Positions 1 to 14,259 of a DNA stretch of 64,000 nt are shown here, piece by piece; the stretch's first letter is position 1, and the number at the start of each line of letters is the position of its first letter. Source of the stretch: Eledone cirrhosa (Eukaryota); the NCBI GenBank assembly GCA_964016885.1, contig OZ024745.1:46314001-46378000 (forward strand), read 5' to 3'. The translations under genes and the position numbers were made by a program. The notes beneath the pieces are model-generated. The model did no database searches. It was given only the letters and a program-made list of their open reading frames with translations, and was not told the DNA's origin.

Positions 1-1120
1 GGAGTCTTCCCAGCATTGGGAAAAGTTTATTTCACTCATGCTCTTACTCCCACCTACACCTATGTTTATGCTACCTTTTGTGTACCCTAGATTTGCATTG
101 TGTACATCATATAAAGTTTCTACCTGTTTGTTTTCGACAGACCAAGCAAAGTGACAAAGAGAGCGCTTGTGGCTCTCCTCCCTGGCACAAAACCAAATTG
201 CATCACCATTTTCCTTATTTAGTTGTGCTAGAACTCTTTCCATCACTTTCATAACTTGATCCATCAGTTTTATGCCTCTGTAGTTGCTCCTTTCTTGTGC
301 ATCACCTTTTCATTTTTTCATCTCCTTGGTTGCTTCTTTGAACTTATAATTCTCAATTTTAATAACTGATCCCTGAATTGGATCAGCTGGGGGTAGTCTC
401 TCTTCTTTCCACTCATACTCCAGATTCATCAACGTCTCATAGTAGCATTTCTAGGCCTCTTTCCCTTGAGTACCAGTAATTTTAAGTACAACATCTTGGT
501 TTTCAGATATACTGCTTATTGATGTGAAGCACCTCGCGTAACAATCTCCTGCTTTAAGCTTCTTTGCATGCTATGTATACTTGTTGTCTAGCTTCTCTTC
601 TTCCCTCACTGGTACTGATCTTTACTGCCTCCATTTTTCCAATCTTCCCATGCCTGTCTTTTGGCTTTAACAGCTCTATCTCCAGTGCTGTTCCACCATG
701 AAGTGGTACTTTGCTCCAGCTACAAGTCTCATCAGTAGCCTGCAGTAGATTGTCTTGTAGAAACTTCTAATTGTCTTTTATGTTATATATTTCATTCTTG
801 TTATATTTATTACATAGAGCTTTTCTGAACTTACATTGAACAGTAGGTCTCTTCCAAAATCTCCTTCAGATTTCCCAACATTTCTTGTTCTGCTTTATGT
901 TTATATTGGTATCACTTATAACTAACTTATGTTTTATGGTACATTCTTCCCCACGGAAGGACTTAGTATTCATAACCATCTGTTTTCTAACAAGTAAAAA
1001 GTCAATATACCTGATTAGTATATGACCAGCTTCCAAGCAAGATAACACTATGATGACACAAATACATATATAAAACAGACACATGAAGACAATACAGGAA
1101 ACAATGCTTACCTCTTCAGC
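1..1120 (-). pseudogene. Heavily decayed RTE-clade LINE ORF2 remnant (endonuclease end and linker)
   Basis: Minus-strand remnants match the RTE copies elsewhere in the window (e.g. gttccaccatgaagt = TSWWN, compare VTWWWN); many stops and frameshifts. Confidence 0.55.
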
Positions 1121-1536
1121 CACCTAGTATAGATTACATAATCCAGTTTCAATGCAAGGATGGTACAGGGCCTCTATGTGTGTGTGTGCATGTGTGTCTG
1201 TGAATAAGTTTACGTGCCTATGTATACATATAGGTGTATGGCAAGTTTTGCAAAGCATTGAGCCATTTGTGAACAGCTAAGGGAGTTCATGTTATGTAAA
1301 TCAAGAAATGGCACTCATCACTCCTCAAGCTAGAAATTAACTCTGGTTTAGATTAGAATTCATTATCAAGCTAACTCCTTACAAGCTAATGAAGCCCTTA
1401 TTGATAACATAATGTTTCCATTGCCTACTGGGGGAAGGGGACTGAATACACCAATGGAAAGAAAGACAAAAGAGACATGCCTAATCTTATTAAGCCAACT
1501 ACATCAAACCAATGCTATCCATGAACTCAAGCATCA

Positions 1537-1538
<2 letters not shown>

Positions 1539-1624
<86 letters not shown>
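1539..1624. repeat. (CT)n microsatellite
   Basis: Direct reading. Confidence 0.95.
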
Positions 1625-1628
<4 letters not shown>

Positions 1629-1882
1629 TATAGGTAATTGGAAATGAAGGTTTTCCAGAGAAAAGTGTGTGGGATATGATTGACAAATAATAAGATGCTA
1701 ACCAAATTAGATTTTACTGGTAACAATAGAGAAAATACAATTAATACTTGACAGAGAATGATGGATTGGTGAGGAGGGAGGGGTGATAGAATTGGTAGAG
1801 CATCAGAAAAAATGTATTTTCTTCATTTGTTCTGAGTTCTTGCATGCATTAATTTCAACTATTCTTATTATTAACTGCATTT

Positions 1883-2075
1883 GGGCGGTGAATTGGCAGT
1901 ATCAGTAGAGGGTCGGACGCCATGCTTTGCAGCAAAGAGTTACGGCCCCTTATGGTCTGAGTTCAAATCCCGCCGAGGTTAACTTTGCCTTTCATCCTTA
2001 TGGGGGTCGATAAAATAAAGTACCAGTAATACACTGGGGTAATTGCTGGCCTTGTGCCTAAAGTAGAAACAATTA
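1883..2075 (+). mobile_element. tRNA-derived SINE, family 1 (central gcctttcatcctt..ggggtcgataaaataaagtaccag block, Meta/MESC-domain-like)
   Basis: A-box-like tggcagtatcagtag and B-box gagttcaaatcc; near-identical copies at 32891, 45158(-), 59527 and 62900. Confidence 0.85.
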
Positions 2076-2302
2076 TTGACTGCATTGTTTCTTCACAGGG
2101 ACTATGTTGAAAAATAAACCTCATTTGATCATTCCGTGAGAGTATCTTGGTCAGCCTATGAACTTTTCAGCCAACCCTCATATATATGTGTGTGTGAGTG
2201 TGTGCATGTGTGTGTGTGTGTGTGTACAAGTATGCAGGAATGAAGTCATGATTGTGAACCACCTGTAACAATAGTTACATATACACCTAACATATATATA
2301 TA

Positions 2303-2645
2303 TGGAGGCACATGGCTTAGTGGTTAGAGCATTGGCCTTGCAATCGAAAGGTTGTGAGTTCAATTCTCAGACCGGGTGATGTGTTGTTTCCTTGAGCAAG
2401 ACACTTTATTTCACATTGCTCCAGTTTACTCAGCTGTAGAAATGAGATGATAGGACTGGGGTCCATATCATTCCACTGCAAAGTGGTCGTGGAGGTGCCA
2501 CGGCAAAAAAGCACCCAGCACTCACTGTAAATGAGGTTGGTGTTAGGAAGGGCATCCAACTGTAGAAATCAAGCCAAAATCAGTTCCCATCCCACCCTTG
2601 CAAGCAGGGAAAAGTGGACGTAAAATGAAATGATGATGATGATGA
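2303..2645 (+). mobile_element. tRNA-derived SINE, family 2 (V-domain-like centre, RTE-derived tail ending in (TGA)n)
   Basis: A box tggcttagtgg, B box gagttcaattc, ccttgagcaagacactt..cacattgctccag centre, tail shared with RTE 3' ends; several copies in the window. Confidence 0.85.
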
Positions 2646-3094
2646 TATATATTCAATGATTTGTTGTTCCAAATCTATATATGGGTTTCATGTGTAATTG
2701 TTTCTTTTTTCATGCATTATGACAAAATACAAGGTGATTGATGTACTTATTGTGCCTTGACTTACATGAATCTAGTTATGAATCTGGGAAGAAAGCTATA
2801 TATAAATCATTCATATGCTGCTTTCTTAAGTGTTGAGTCATAGCTCTGTACTGTGATGTCATGATTCATGTTGAAGCCATGAGTTTCCTGTCACATAAAT
2901 TGTATGGTTCAGATGAAACGATTTTCATAATTTAATCTCAAAATTTGACATTCATTTACATATATTGTATGTTTTCTTACAGAAGCCTACCATTCTAGTG
3001 TGGAACAACCAAAATATCCTTGTAGAATATATATTTCAGTATTCTTGGTTCAATCTGTGGTACTATGTCACCAACCATCTGGACCAGGTGTTGA

Positions 3095-3260
3095 TTAACC
3101 CTTTAGCATTTAAGCCAGCCATATCAAGCCAGAATTTTCTCACCTCTTTCTGTTCAAACCAGCTATAACTGGCCACTCATACCAATGTTAAGGTATTGTT
3201 CTCAAAATAAATAACATCAAAATCTCGTAGCTTCAATATTATGTGAAATAATTATGTGAA
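3095..3260 (+). mobile_element. Truncated copy of the TTAA-flanked (piggyBac-type) MITE
   Basis: Begins ttaa|ccctttagc and aligns with 25201-25360. Confidence 0.6.
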
Positions 3261-3271
3261 CAGGGGCTACG

Positions 3272-4080
3272 GATAATGTGGAAGCAGCAGAAAAGTGACC
3301 TGTGGGATTAGAGACAATGTGAAACAACAGAAAAGTGACCTGTGGGGTTAGAGACAATGTGAAGCAACAGAAAAGTGACCTGTGGGGTTAGAGACAATGT
3401 GAAGCAACAGAAAAGTGACCTGCGGGATTAGAGACAATGTGAAACAACATAAAAGTGACCTGTGGGGTTAGAGACAATGTGAAGCAACAGAAAAGTGACC
3501 TGTGGGGTTAGAGACAATGTGAAACAACAGAAAAGTGACCTGTGGGGTTAGAGACAATGTGAAGCAACAGAAAAGTGACCTGTGGGATTAGAGACAATGT
3601 GAAACAACAGAAAAGTGACCTGTGGGGTTAGAGACAATGTGAAACAACAGAAAAGTGACCTGTGGGGTTAGAGACAATGTGAAGCAACAGAAAAGTGACC
3701 TGTGGGATTAGAGACAATGTGAAACAACAGAAAAGTGACCTGTGGGATTAGAGACAATGTGAAACAACAGAAAAGTGACCTGTGGGGTTAGAGACAATGT
3801 GAAGCAACAGAAAAGTGACCTGTGGGATTATAGACAATGTGAAACAACAGAAAAGTGACCTGTGGGGTTAGAGACAATGTGAAACAAGAGAAAAGTGACC
3901 TGTGGGATTAGAGACAATGTGAAGCAACAGAAAAGTGACCTGTGGGATTAGAGACAATGGGAAACATCAGAAAAGTGACCTGTGGGATTAGAGACAATGT
4001 GAAGCAACAGAAAAGTGACCTGTGGGATTAGAGACAATGTGAAACAACAGAAAAGTGACCGACAATGTGGAAGCAGCAGA
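3272..4080. repeat. 40-bp minisatellite, about 19-20 copies (tgtggg[a/g]ttagagacaatgtgaa[a/g]caacagaaaagtgacc)
   Basis: Exact 40-nt register over 3301-4060. Confidence 0.95.
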
Positions 4081-4649
4081 GATGTCATGTATGTCAGTTG
4101 AACACTAGGTCACCTAGATAAAGGTATATTGTTGTAAGACCTGAAACACTCAGTGACTCTAGAATACAACACTGATGGTGTGTACAAGGTTTTGCATCCA
4201 TAGATTGTGAAGAACACAAGATATTTTATTATTTGATAGTTACTTTAATGAAGAATTTGACATAAGCTATAATTAAAAGATCTGTTGATTGATTGTTCTA
4301 AAGACACAACTGAAATGATTAGCAGAGTATTTCACAAAGCTCTTTCAGTTTCTCATTAACACTTTTCTATCTGCTGACAGTATTGAAGTAACGTTTCCAT
4401 ATCAGTGTATGTAGAAAGACTAAATTTCTATTTCTATTTTTATTTGCTTATAAATAGGCAATAGTTATTAGTTTAAACTCTAGTTTCCAAAATAGTACCA
4501 TTTTCTGCATCAATTTTCTTTCTTATCTAATTTTGTAGCCTCTATATTGCACACTTGTTAATTTCCCCTGATAGTCAATGTACACTTTTTTCTATTATTA
4601 CCAGTCAAATTTCATATTTAGTATGAATTGTTTTTGCATACACACACAC

Positions 4650-4722
<73 letters not shown>

Positions 4723-5186
4723 AAGAAGAGACATATATCATAAGAGTGGAAGAAAAAGAATTATGATATAATATATTAGATGCCAATAGCCGAAGCAAAG
4801 TGTGCTCAATGCTTAGAAATGCAATGTTAAATATTATAGTACAGATAATATTTAATGAGAGTTAAGTGCAGAAGTTAAGCAGAGCAGGTATAAGCAAAAA
4901 TAAATGGAGAAGGCAATACATTAAAAAACAAAATCTATTCCTTACACAGTGTTTCATCTAGGCATAATATCAATATAACAGTTCTATTTATATATGAGTT
5001 CGGATCTAGCTGTCGAAATGGCCGGAGCTTAGCTGTTGGGGTCCTGACTCTTTTCCTATTACCCACTCTACTACCCTAAGTATCGAGTACTTTGGTGTGT
5101 TATGGTCCACCTGGTTCCTTACCACACTCTCTTTGTTATATATATATATATGTGAGAAAAACCACAGACCCTCCATCTCAACTCTA

Positions 5187-5223
5187 CTTTTGAAAAGCAG
5201 AAGAACTGCGAAACCGGTAAAGG
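5187..5223 (+). ncRNA. Minimal type I hammerhead-like motif with U3-A8 core variant
   Basis: ctt-TTGAAAA-gcag(aagaa)ctgc-GAAA-ccgg-TA-aag; palindromic ACCGGT stem III; stem I only 3 bp. Confidence 0.55.
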
Positions 5224-5317
5224 AACCAAATAAATATATATATTCTTTTTAAAATAAGACTCCAGTTGCATTTTCGATTTCATTTTTTTTCTTTATATAT
5301 ATATATAAATATATATG

Positions 5318-5372
<55 letters not shown>

Positions 5373-5578
5373 AATATATGTAATATATATATACAGCACT
5401 CACTGTAAATGAGGTTGGTGTTAGGAAGGGCATCCAGCTGTAGAAATCAAGCCAGAATCAGTTCCCGTCCCACCCTTGCAAGCAGGGAAAAGTGGACGTA
5501 AAATGATGATGATGATGATGATATAAATATATATACACACACACATGGATATTCCGACAGGCACTAAGTACCTACAGA

Positions 5579-5633
5579 CTGAAGATCTAATTCTTTCCAT
5601 TGGAAATCTTTTGATTAGTGAAACCGTCGGTAA
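5579..5633 (+). ncRNA. Hammerhead-like core, stem I not evident
   Basis: CTGAAGA-t-ctaatt...gattag-t-GAAA-ccgtcgg-TA inside a short insert of about 165 bp flanked by microsatellites. Confidence 0.4.
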
Positions 5634-5722
5634 CGGCAATAGAACAGGTGAATATTTAAATCGTTTTTTAATTTATTTAAAAGATTGTTTGATGATTACT
5701 TGTTCTGCTTATATATATATAT

Positions 5723-8165
5723 ATCATCATATCATCATCATCATCGTTTAACGTCCATTTTCCACGCTAGCATGGGTTAGACAGGAGTTGTCCCACTTGA
5801 GGCAAGGCTGGTCAGGTGACCGTGTCTCGTTCATATAGGACTATCTGGCAGGTTTTCTACGGCTGGATGCCCCTCCTAACACCAACCACATTTACAGTGT
5901 GGAACTGGGAACTTTTTACCGTGTTACCTACACGGCTACATTACAGCGTAGACTGTGTGTGTTTTTTGTTGTGACACCTACACGATCTCGATCTCATTAT
6001 CTTGTGCTGTTGGTGGGAGTGGGAGGATAGGGTAGGGGTAGTCGATTGGGGTGTATATTTGGTTAAGAGGTGTCTGTCTACTGACTGCAGTTTCACTTTG
6101 TACATAGGCAAGGCGGGTCTTCTGTATTACTGTGTAGCGCCAAAGATCTAGGTCCAGAGAGATGTAAGTGTGTGAGGTCGGAATTTATCAGATCATCCCA
6201 GGTTTTTCTGGGTCTACCTACTCCGTAACTACCATCAATTTTGATCGCCTGCACTTTTTTATGCAACTGTCATCTTTCATGCGCATCACGTGACCATACC
6301 AACGTAGTCTTCTCTCAAGTAAACAGCATCTGATCCCTCTTATTCCTAATTTCTCACTTAGTTCATTTATGCTTTGCCATTCACGTATATTACTATTACA
6401 CATCCAACGGAGCATGCATGCTTCGTTCCTTTCCAGTCTACGCAGGTCCTCTGCACGTAATGCCCATGTCTCACTGCCATGTAGCATTGCTGTTCGTATA
6501 CAGGCATCATGCAATCTGCCTTTCATTTTTAGAGAGAAACCTTTTGTGGCCAACAGCGGTATAAGCTCTCTGAACTTTTTCCATCCCGTTCTGACTCTGC
6601 CTACTGTACTTTCAGAACACCCTCCACCACTGCTGATTTTGTCTCCCAGGTAACGGAAAGTGTCTACTATTTCTATAGAACCATCTGGACAATAGAAGGA
6701 GCTAGTATCCTTTGGACACTTGATACTTATTGCACTTGAGCATTGGCCACATATAAAGTCTACGTTCTTAGATAGTTTACCTGTGATCCCACTACATCTT
6801 TTATGTACCCATACTTTGCATTTGGGACATAAAATTGAATTTCTGCATACTCCTTTCCTACACACTGAGCAAGGCCATTTCCTTGAGGGTACCTGTGCCT
6901 TATTTTCCTTTCTACAAACTAGAACTTTAGTCTTAGACAAGTTAACTTTAAGGCCTTTTGATTCTAGGCCATGCTTCCATGTTTGGAATTTCTTCTCTAG
7001 TTCAGCCATTGATTCAGCTATGAGCATTAGATCATCTGCGTATAGGAGTTCCCATGGGCAGCCGGTCTTGAACTCCTCTGTTATAGCCTGAATGGCAATA
7101 ATAAATAAGAGGGGGCTAAGGACAGAGCCTTGATGAACGCCAACTTTTACACTAAATTCTTCACAATAATCATTGTTAATTCTAACCTTACTGACTGTTT
7201 CATTATACATAGCTTGTATAGCTCTCACAAGCCATTCATCTACACCTAGTTTTCTAAGAGCCCACCAGATAATGGAGCGGGGAACTCTGTTAAAAGCTTT
7301 CTCCAGGTCTACAAAAGCTAAGTAGAGGGGTTTACTTTTAGCTAGGTACTTCTCTTGTAGTTGTCGTACAAGGAAAAGCGTGTCTGTGGTACTTTTACCT
7401 GACACAAACCCGAACTGCATTTCATCTAGATCAATTCGCTCTCTGATTAGTTGCGTTATAACTCTTTCTGTGACCTTCATGACCTGGTCAACTAACTTAA
7501 TGCTTCTATAGTTTCCCCTATCTAGAGCAACCCCTTTACCCTTGTAGCAGTTAAGGATGATGCTGCTACGCCAGTCTTTCTGTATGACCCCATTCTGTAT
7601 TACTTGGTTAACTATCCGGGTGACCATAGTGTGTCCCACCATACCAGATACCTTCAACATCTCAGCAACTATCTCCGAAGGCCCAGCTGCCTTACCTGTC
7701 TTCATATCTTTGATTGCCTTACTTATTATACTACCTTTAACTTGCACCGCTGGTCCTTCTATTGGATCGATTTGGGGCAGACTATCTTTTTCCCATTTAT
7801 TCTCCTCATTTAATAGTCTCTCGTAGTGACACTTCCAGGCTATCTTCTTATCAGTATCAGTGAGCGTAAGCACACCATTATCATTATGGACACACTTCTC
7901 CCCGACAATATCACTGTTTTCCTTGACACATTGTCTAGCAATCCTGAACACCTCACGTTTTTGGTCCCAACATTGTAGAACATACTTGAACTTTCTATCC
8001 TCTGCTACTCTTTTTGCAAGGTACACTTGTCTCCTAGCTTCTCTCCTGGCCACTTGATAGTGCTCTCTACTTCCCCCATCCTGCCATACTTTCCAAAGCC
8101 TGCTTTTTGGCCTTGATTGTCTCTTCCACCTTACTGTTCCACCACCAAGTTACTCTCCTCTTGCC
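5723..8165 (-). mobile_element. RTE-clade LINE subfamily A, 5'-truncated, with 3'UTR and (TGA)n tail
   Basis: RT ORF 6218-8053; 3'UTR with ggtgttagga..ggcatccagc block; tail ggacgttaaacgatgatgat. Confidence 0.92.
6218..8053 (-). CDS. RTE LINE ORF2 fragment: reverse transcriptase with inserted PHD-like finger (frameshifted near the 3' end)
   Basis: Motifs QFGF, FVDLEKAF, GVHQGSVLSP, YADD, FRYLG, RLRWYGHV. Confidence 0.88.
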   Translation of the reverse strand: MARREARRQVYLAKRVAEDRKFKYVLQCWDQKREVFRIARQCVKENSDIVGEKCVHNDNGVLTLTDTDKKIAWKCHYERLLNEENKWEKDSLPQIDPIEGPAVQVKGSIISKAIKDMKTGKAAGPSEIVAEMLKVSGMVGHTMVTRIVNQVIQNGVIQKDWRSSIILNCYKGKGVALDRGNYRSIKLVDQVMKVTERVITQLIRERIDLDEMQFGFVSGKSTTDTLFLVRQLQEKYLAKSKPLYLAFVDLEKAFNRVPRSIIWWALRKLGVDEWLVRAIQAMYNETVSKVRINNDYCEEFSVKVGVHQGSVLSPLLFIIAIQAITEEFKTGCPWELLYADDLMLIAESMAELEKKFQTWKHGLESKGLKVNLSKTKVLVCRKENKAQVPSRKWPCSVCRKGVCRNSILCPKCKVWVHKRCSGITGKLSKNVDFICGQCSSAISIKCPKDTSSFYCPDGSIEIVDTFRYLGDKISSGGGCSESTVGRVRTGWKKFRELIPLLATKGFSLKMKGRLHDACIRTAMLHGSETWALRAEDLRRLERNEACMLRWMCNSNIREWQSINELSEKLGIRGIRCCLLERRLRWYGHVMRMKDDSCIKKCRRSKLMVVTE

Positions 8166-8181
8166 ATATATATATATATAT

Positions 8182-9236
<1,055 letters not shown>

Positions 9237-9260
9237 AAATATATATATATACATATATAT

Positions 9261-10994
9261 CAGGTAAAAGTACCACAGACGCTCTTTTCTTTGTACAACA
9301 ACTACAGGAGTAGTACCTAGCTAAAAGTAAAGCCCTCTACTTAGCTTTTGTATGCCTGGAGAAAGCCTTTGACAGAGTCCCCCACTCTATTATCTGGTGG
9401 GCTCTTAGAAAACTAGGTGTAGATGAATGGCTTGTGAGAGCTATACAAGCCATGTATAAAGACACAGTCAGTAAGGTTAGAATTAACAATGAATATAGTG
9501 AAGAATTTAGTGTAAAAGTTGGTGTTCATCAAGGCTCTGTCCTTAGACCCCTCCTATTTATTATTGCCCTTCAAGCTATAACAGAAGAGTTTAAGACCGG
9601 CTGCCCATGGGAACTCCTATACGCAGATGATCTAACTCTCATAGCTGAATCTATGGCTGAACTAGAGAAGAAATTCCAAACATGGAAGCATGGCCTAGAA
9701 TCAAAAGGCCTTAAAGTTAACATGTCAAAGACTAAAGTTCTAGTATGTAGAAAGGAAAATAGGGCACAGGTGCCCTCTGGGAAATGGCCATGCTCAGTGT
9801 GTAAGAAAGGAGTAGGTAGAAATTTCATTTTATGTCTCAAATGCAAAGTATGGGTACATAAAAGATGTAGTGGGATCACAGGTAAACTATCTAAGAACGT
9901 AGATTTTATATGTGGCCTATGCTCAGGTGCAATAAGTAGCAAGTGCCCACAGGATACTAGCTCCTTCTACTTCCCAGATGTCTCTATAGAAATAGTGGAC
10001 ACTTTCCGTTACCTGGGTGACAAAATCAGCAGTGGTGGAGGGTGCTCTGAAAGTACAGTAGCCAGAGTCAGAACGAGATGGAAAAAGTTCAGAGAGCTTA
10101 TACCGCTGTTGGCCACAAAAGGTTTCTCTCTAAAAATGAAAGGCAGATTGCATGATGCCTGTATACGAACAGCAATGCTACATGGCAGTGAGATATGGGC
10201 ATTGTGTGCAGAGGACCTGCGTAGGCTGGAAAGGAACGAAGCATGCATGCTCCGTTGGTTGTGTAATAGTAATATACATGAACGGCAAAACATAAATGAA
10301 CTAAGTGAGAAATTAGGAATAAGAGGGATCAGATGCTGTTTACTTGAGAGAAGACTACATTGGTATGGTCACGTGATGCGCATGAAAGACGACAGCTGCA
10401 TAAGAAAGTGCAGGGCGATCAAATTTGATGGAATTTACGGAGTAGGTAGACCCAGAAAAACCTGGGACAATTTGATAAATTCAGACCTTACACACTTACA
10501 CCTCTCCAAGACAATGTCACTGGACCGAGATCTTTAGCACCACACAGTAATACAGAAGACCCGCCTTGCCTATGTACAAAGTGAAACTGCAGTCAGTAGA
10601 CAGACACCTCTTAACCAAATATACACCCCAATCCACTACCCTCCTCCCATTCCCACTCCCACCAACACCACCCTTTCTCTGTAAAGTTGGTACCACAACA
10701 TCCAGTCCAAATAAATGAGATAATGAGATCGAGATCGAGATCGAGATCGTGTAGGTGTCACGACCAAAAAACACACAGTCCACACTGTAATGTGGTTGTG
10801 TAGGTAACACGGTAAAAAGTTCCCGGTCCACACTGTCAATGTGGTTGGTGTTAGGAAGGGCATCCAGCCATAAAAAACATGCCAGATAGTCCTATACGAG
10901 TGAGACACGGTCACACGACCAACCTTGCCTCAAATTGGGACAACTCCCGTCTAACCCATGCTAGTGTGGAAGATAGACGTTAAACGATGATGAT

Positions 10995-10997
<3 letters not shown>
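9261..10997 (+). mobile_element. RTE subfamily A, 5'-truncated (ORF 9434-10537; upstream stop)
   Basis: YADD RT, PHD-like insert, 3'UTR and tail. Confidence 0.9.
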
Positions 10998-11032
<35 letters not shown>

Positions 11033-11051
11033 TAATATATATATATGTATA

Positions 11052-11616
<565 letters not shown>

Positions 11617-12136
11617 TGTATATACATATATATATATTATGTGTGTGTGTATATATATATATACAAATATAATTCAGCGACAATCGTATTTCGGCTGGTA
11701 GAAAAAGCGAAACTAAACGCAAAATCGTAGAAATGCTGGCAAGCGCTCAATAGTTAAGAAAACTAGAGCTAAACAATATGTTAAAGCGCCATACAAACTG
11801 AAAAAGTGGTTAAGAAGGCAATAACCACCTAAGCCAAAAAACAAATCAGGTTAAACAGGTTAAACAAAATAAATGATAAAAACCGACCTGGACCCAAATG
11901 GAATTGAAGGTAAAATCCAAATGCAGGGTTTCTATGACACCTAAATCAATAATACTGTCTGCCTAAAAACTATAAGCTTTCAGCATAAAGATCAAACAAG
12001 GAATATCACGTTATCAACAGGTAATTTTGCTCTGTGACCAACTTTGAGAGTGACGCAGAACTTTGTAAACGCACATGCGTAAGTCACAAGGGGAAATTCC
12101 TCATATTTTGGCAAATGAATTCAGTATGTGTATATC

Positions 12137-12169
<33 letters not shown>

Positions 12170-12394
12170 GATTAGAGAAAACATCACGGACGCTCTATCT
12201 CAAAATTATTTTTGAAAAGCATTAGAAATGCGCAACTGGTAAAACTTAAAACCAAAACTGAATACTAACCAATACTATTACTAATTTTTACTTATTCCTA
12301 ATTAAACTATTTTTCACTGGGAACAATTTGTCAGCATTTTCTTTTCCTTTTACCAATATATCATAACTCGTGTGTTACACCTCTATTCTTTTAA
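12170..12394 (+). mobile_element. Short repeat family carrying the UUGAAAA/GCAA hammerhead-like variant
   Basis: Same sequence as 13200-13430 and 44427-44612. Confidence 0.65.
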
Positions 12395-12718
12395 ATATAT
12401 ATATATATATATCTATATCCAAAATTAAGATAGATTAAAAGAATTCAATCAGAATCGAAATTGTGGGTGTCATTCCTTAACGGAATGCGCCATATCGCCC
12501 GGAAATTAAGCTCTAGGACTTTATAGGTACGAGCATTTTATAATAATAACTAGGAATTGATCAACATATATATAAATAAATATAAACATGAAAAATCACA
12601 GGAGATAATTTTTACAAGCGTGTAACCACGCATGGCTAGTAGGTAACAAATAAATAAAGTTAACTAGAACTTCAAAAATATATACCTTTTAATGATTAAT
12701 CTTCCCTGTATATATTTC

Positions 12719-12781
<63 letters not shown>

Positions 12782-12902
12782 AAAGTTCTATTTAAAGGCA
12801 TACCATAATTTAATGTGGTATCCCTGAAATATGTATAATGAAATAAATATGGTTTTATAAATATAGTTTCCATTTATTAATATCGTATATATATATATAT
12901 AT

Positions 12903-13536
<634 letters not shown>

Positions 13537-13679
13537 TTTTAAAAGGGTATGGAAAAGAAAAGAACAGAAATGACAGTTGCAATGAATGGAAGCATGCTTT
13601 ATTAGTGGCAATGAATCTAATAACCAGAGAAGCAGTATAGCTATGGACAGTGTAGGCGTTATAATGGGGGGGGGGGGGG

Positions 13680-13887
13680 TAGTGGTGACATTAGTGATGG
13701 AGGTGGTGGTTGTGATAACATTAGTAGTAGTGGTGGTGGTGGTGGTGGTGGTAGTGGTAGTGGTAGTTGTGGTGGCGGTGGTGGTGGTGATGGTGGTGGT
13801 GGTGGTGGTGGTGGTAGTGGTGATAGTGGTGGTGGTGGTAGTTGTGATGGCGGCGGTGGTGGTATCGGTGGACAGGGTAGTGTTGAC

Positions 13888-13933
<46 letters not shown>

Positions 13934-14038
13934 ATAGTGGTGGTGGTAGTTGTGATGGTGGTGGTGGTATTGGTGGACATGGTAGTGTTGACAGTAGTAG
14001 TAGTAGTAGTAGTAGTAGTGGAGGTGGTAGCAGTGATA
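13680..14038. repeat. (GGT)n/(AGT)n trinucleotide array
   Basis: Direct reading. Confidence 0.9.
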
Positions 14039-14259
14039 CTGTGTCCACATGTTACTAAGGATGTTGTTTGTTGTTAATATTCAGCCTGAGATTCACTCTA
14101 GCCCAGTCTATTATTGTCACAGCTTTGTAGGACTCTACATTACCCAGAACATCCTTGTTTAAAGATGTTTGGATGTAATTTGAAAGGAATTTGGCTGTTA
14201 TTTCTAGCAGGTCTAGCATAGTAACCTTCTTGTTTGTTCATTCTTATTGGTGTTGTTAT

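Noticed and set aside
2303-2375. tRNA genes at SINE heads
   Set aside because: A and B boxes are present, but no full cloverleaf, and they run on into SINE bodies
2970-3090. Possible host exon (ttttcttacag acceptor); similar sites near 2098, 56453 and 56649
   Set aside because: No recognisable protein and no consistent exon chain; needs RNA-seq
3272-4080. CRISPR-like regular array
   Set aside because: Head-to-tail units with no unique spacers; eukaryotic context
4935-4995. Minus-strand GAAAcactgtgTA half-hammerhead; similar 3' halves at 11240-11270 and 12820-12845
   Set aside because: The CUGANGA half is missing or truncated, so these cannot be called ribozymes
6369-8057. Plus-strand ORFs that recur with each RTE copy
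   Set aside because: Antisense shadows of the RT frame
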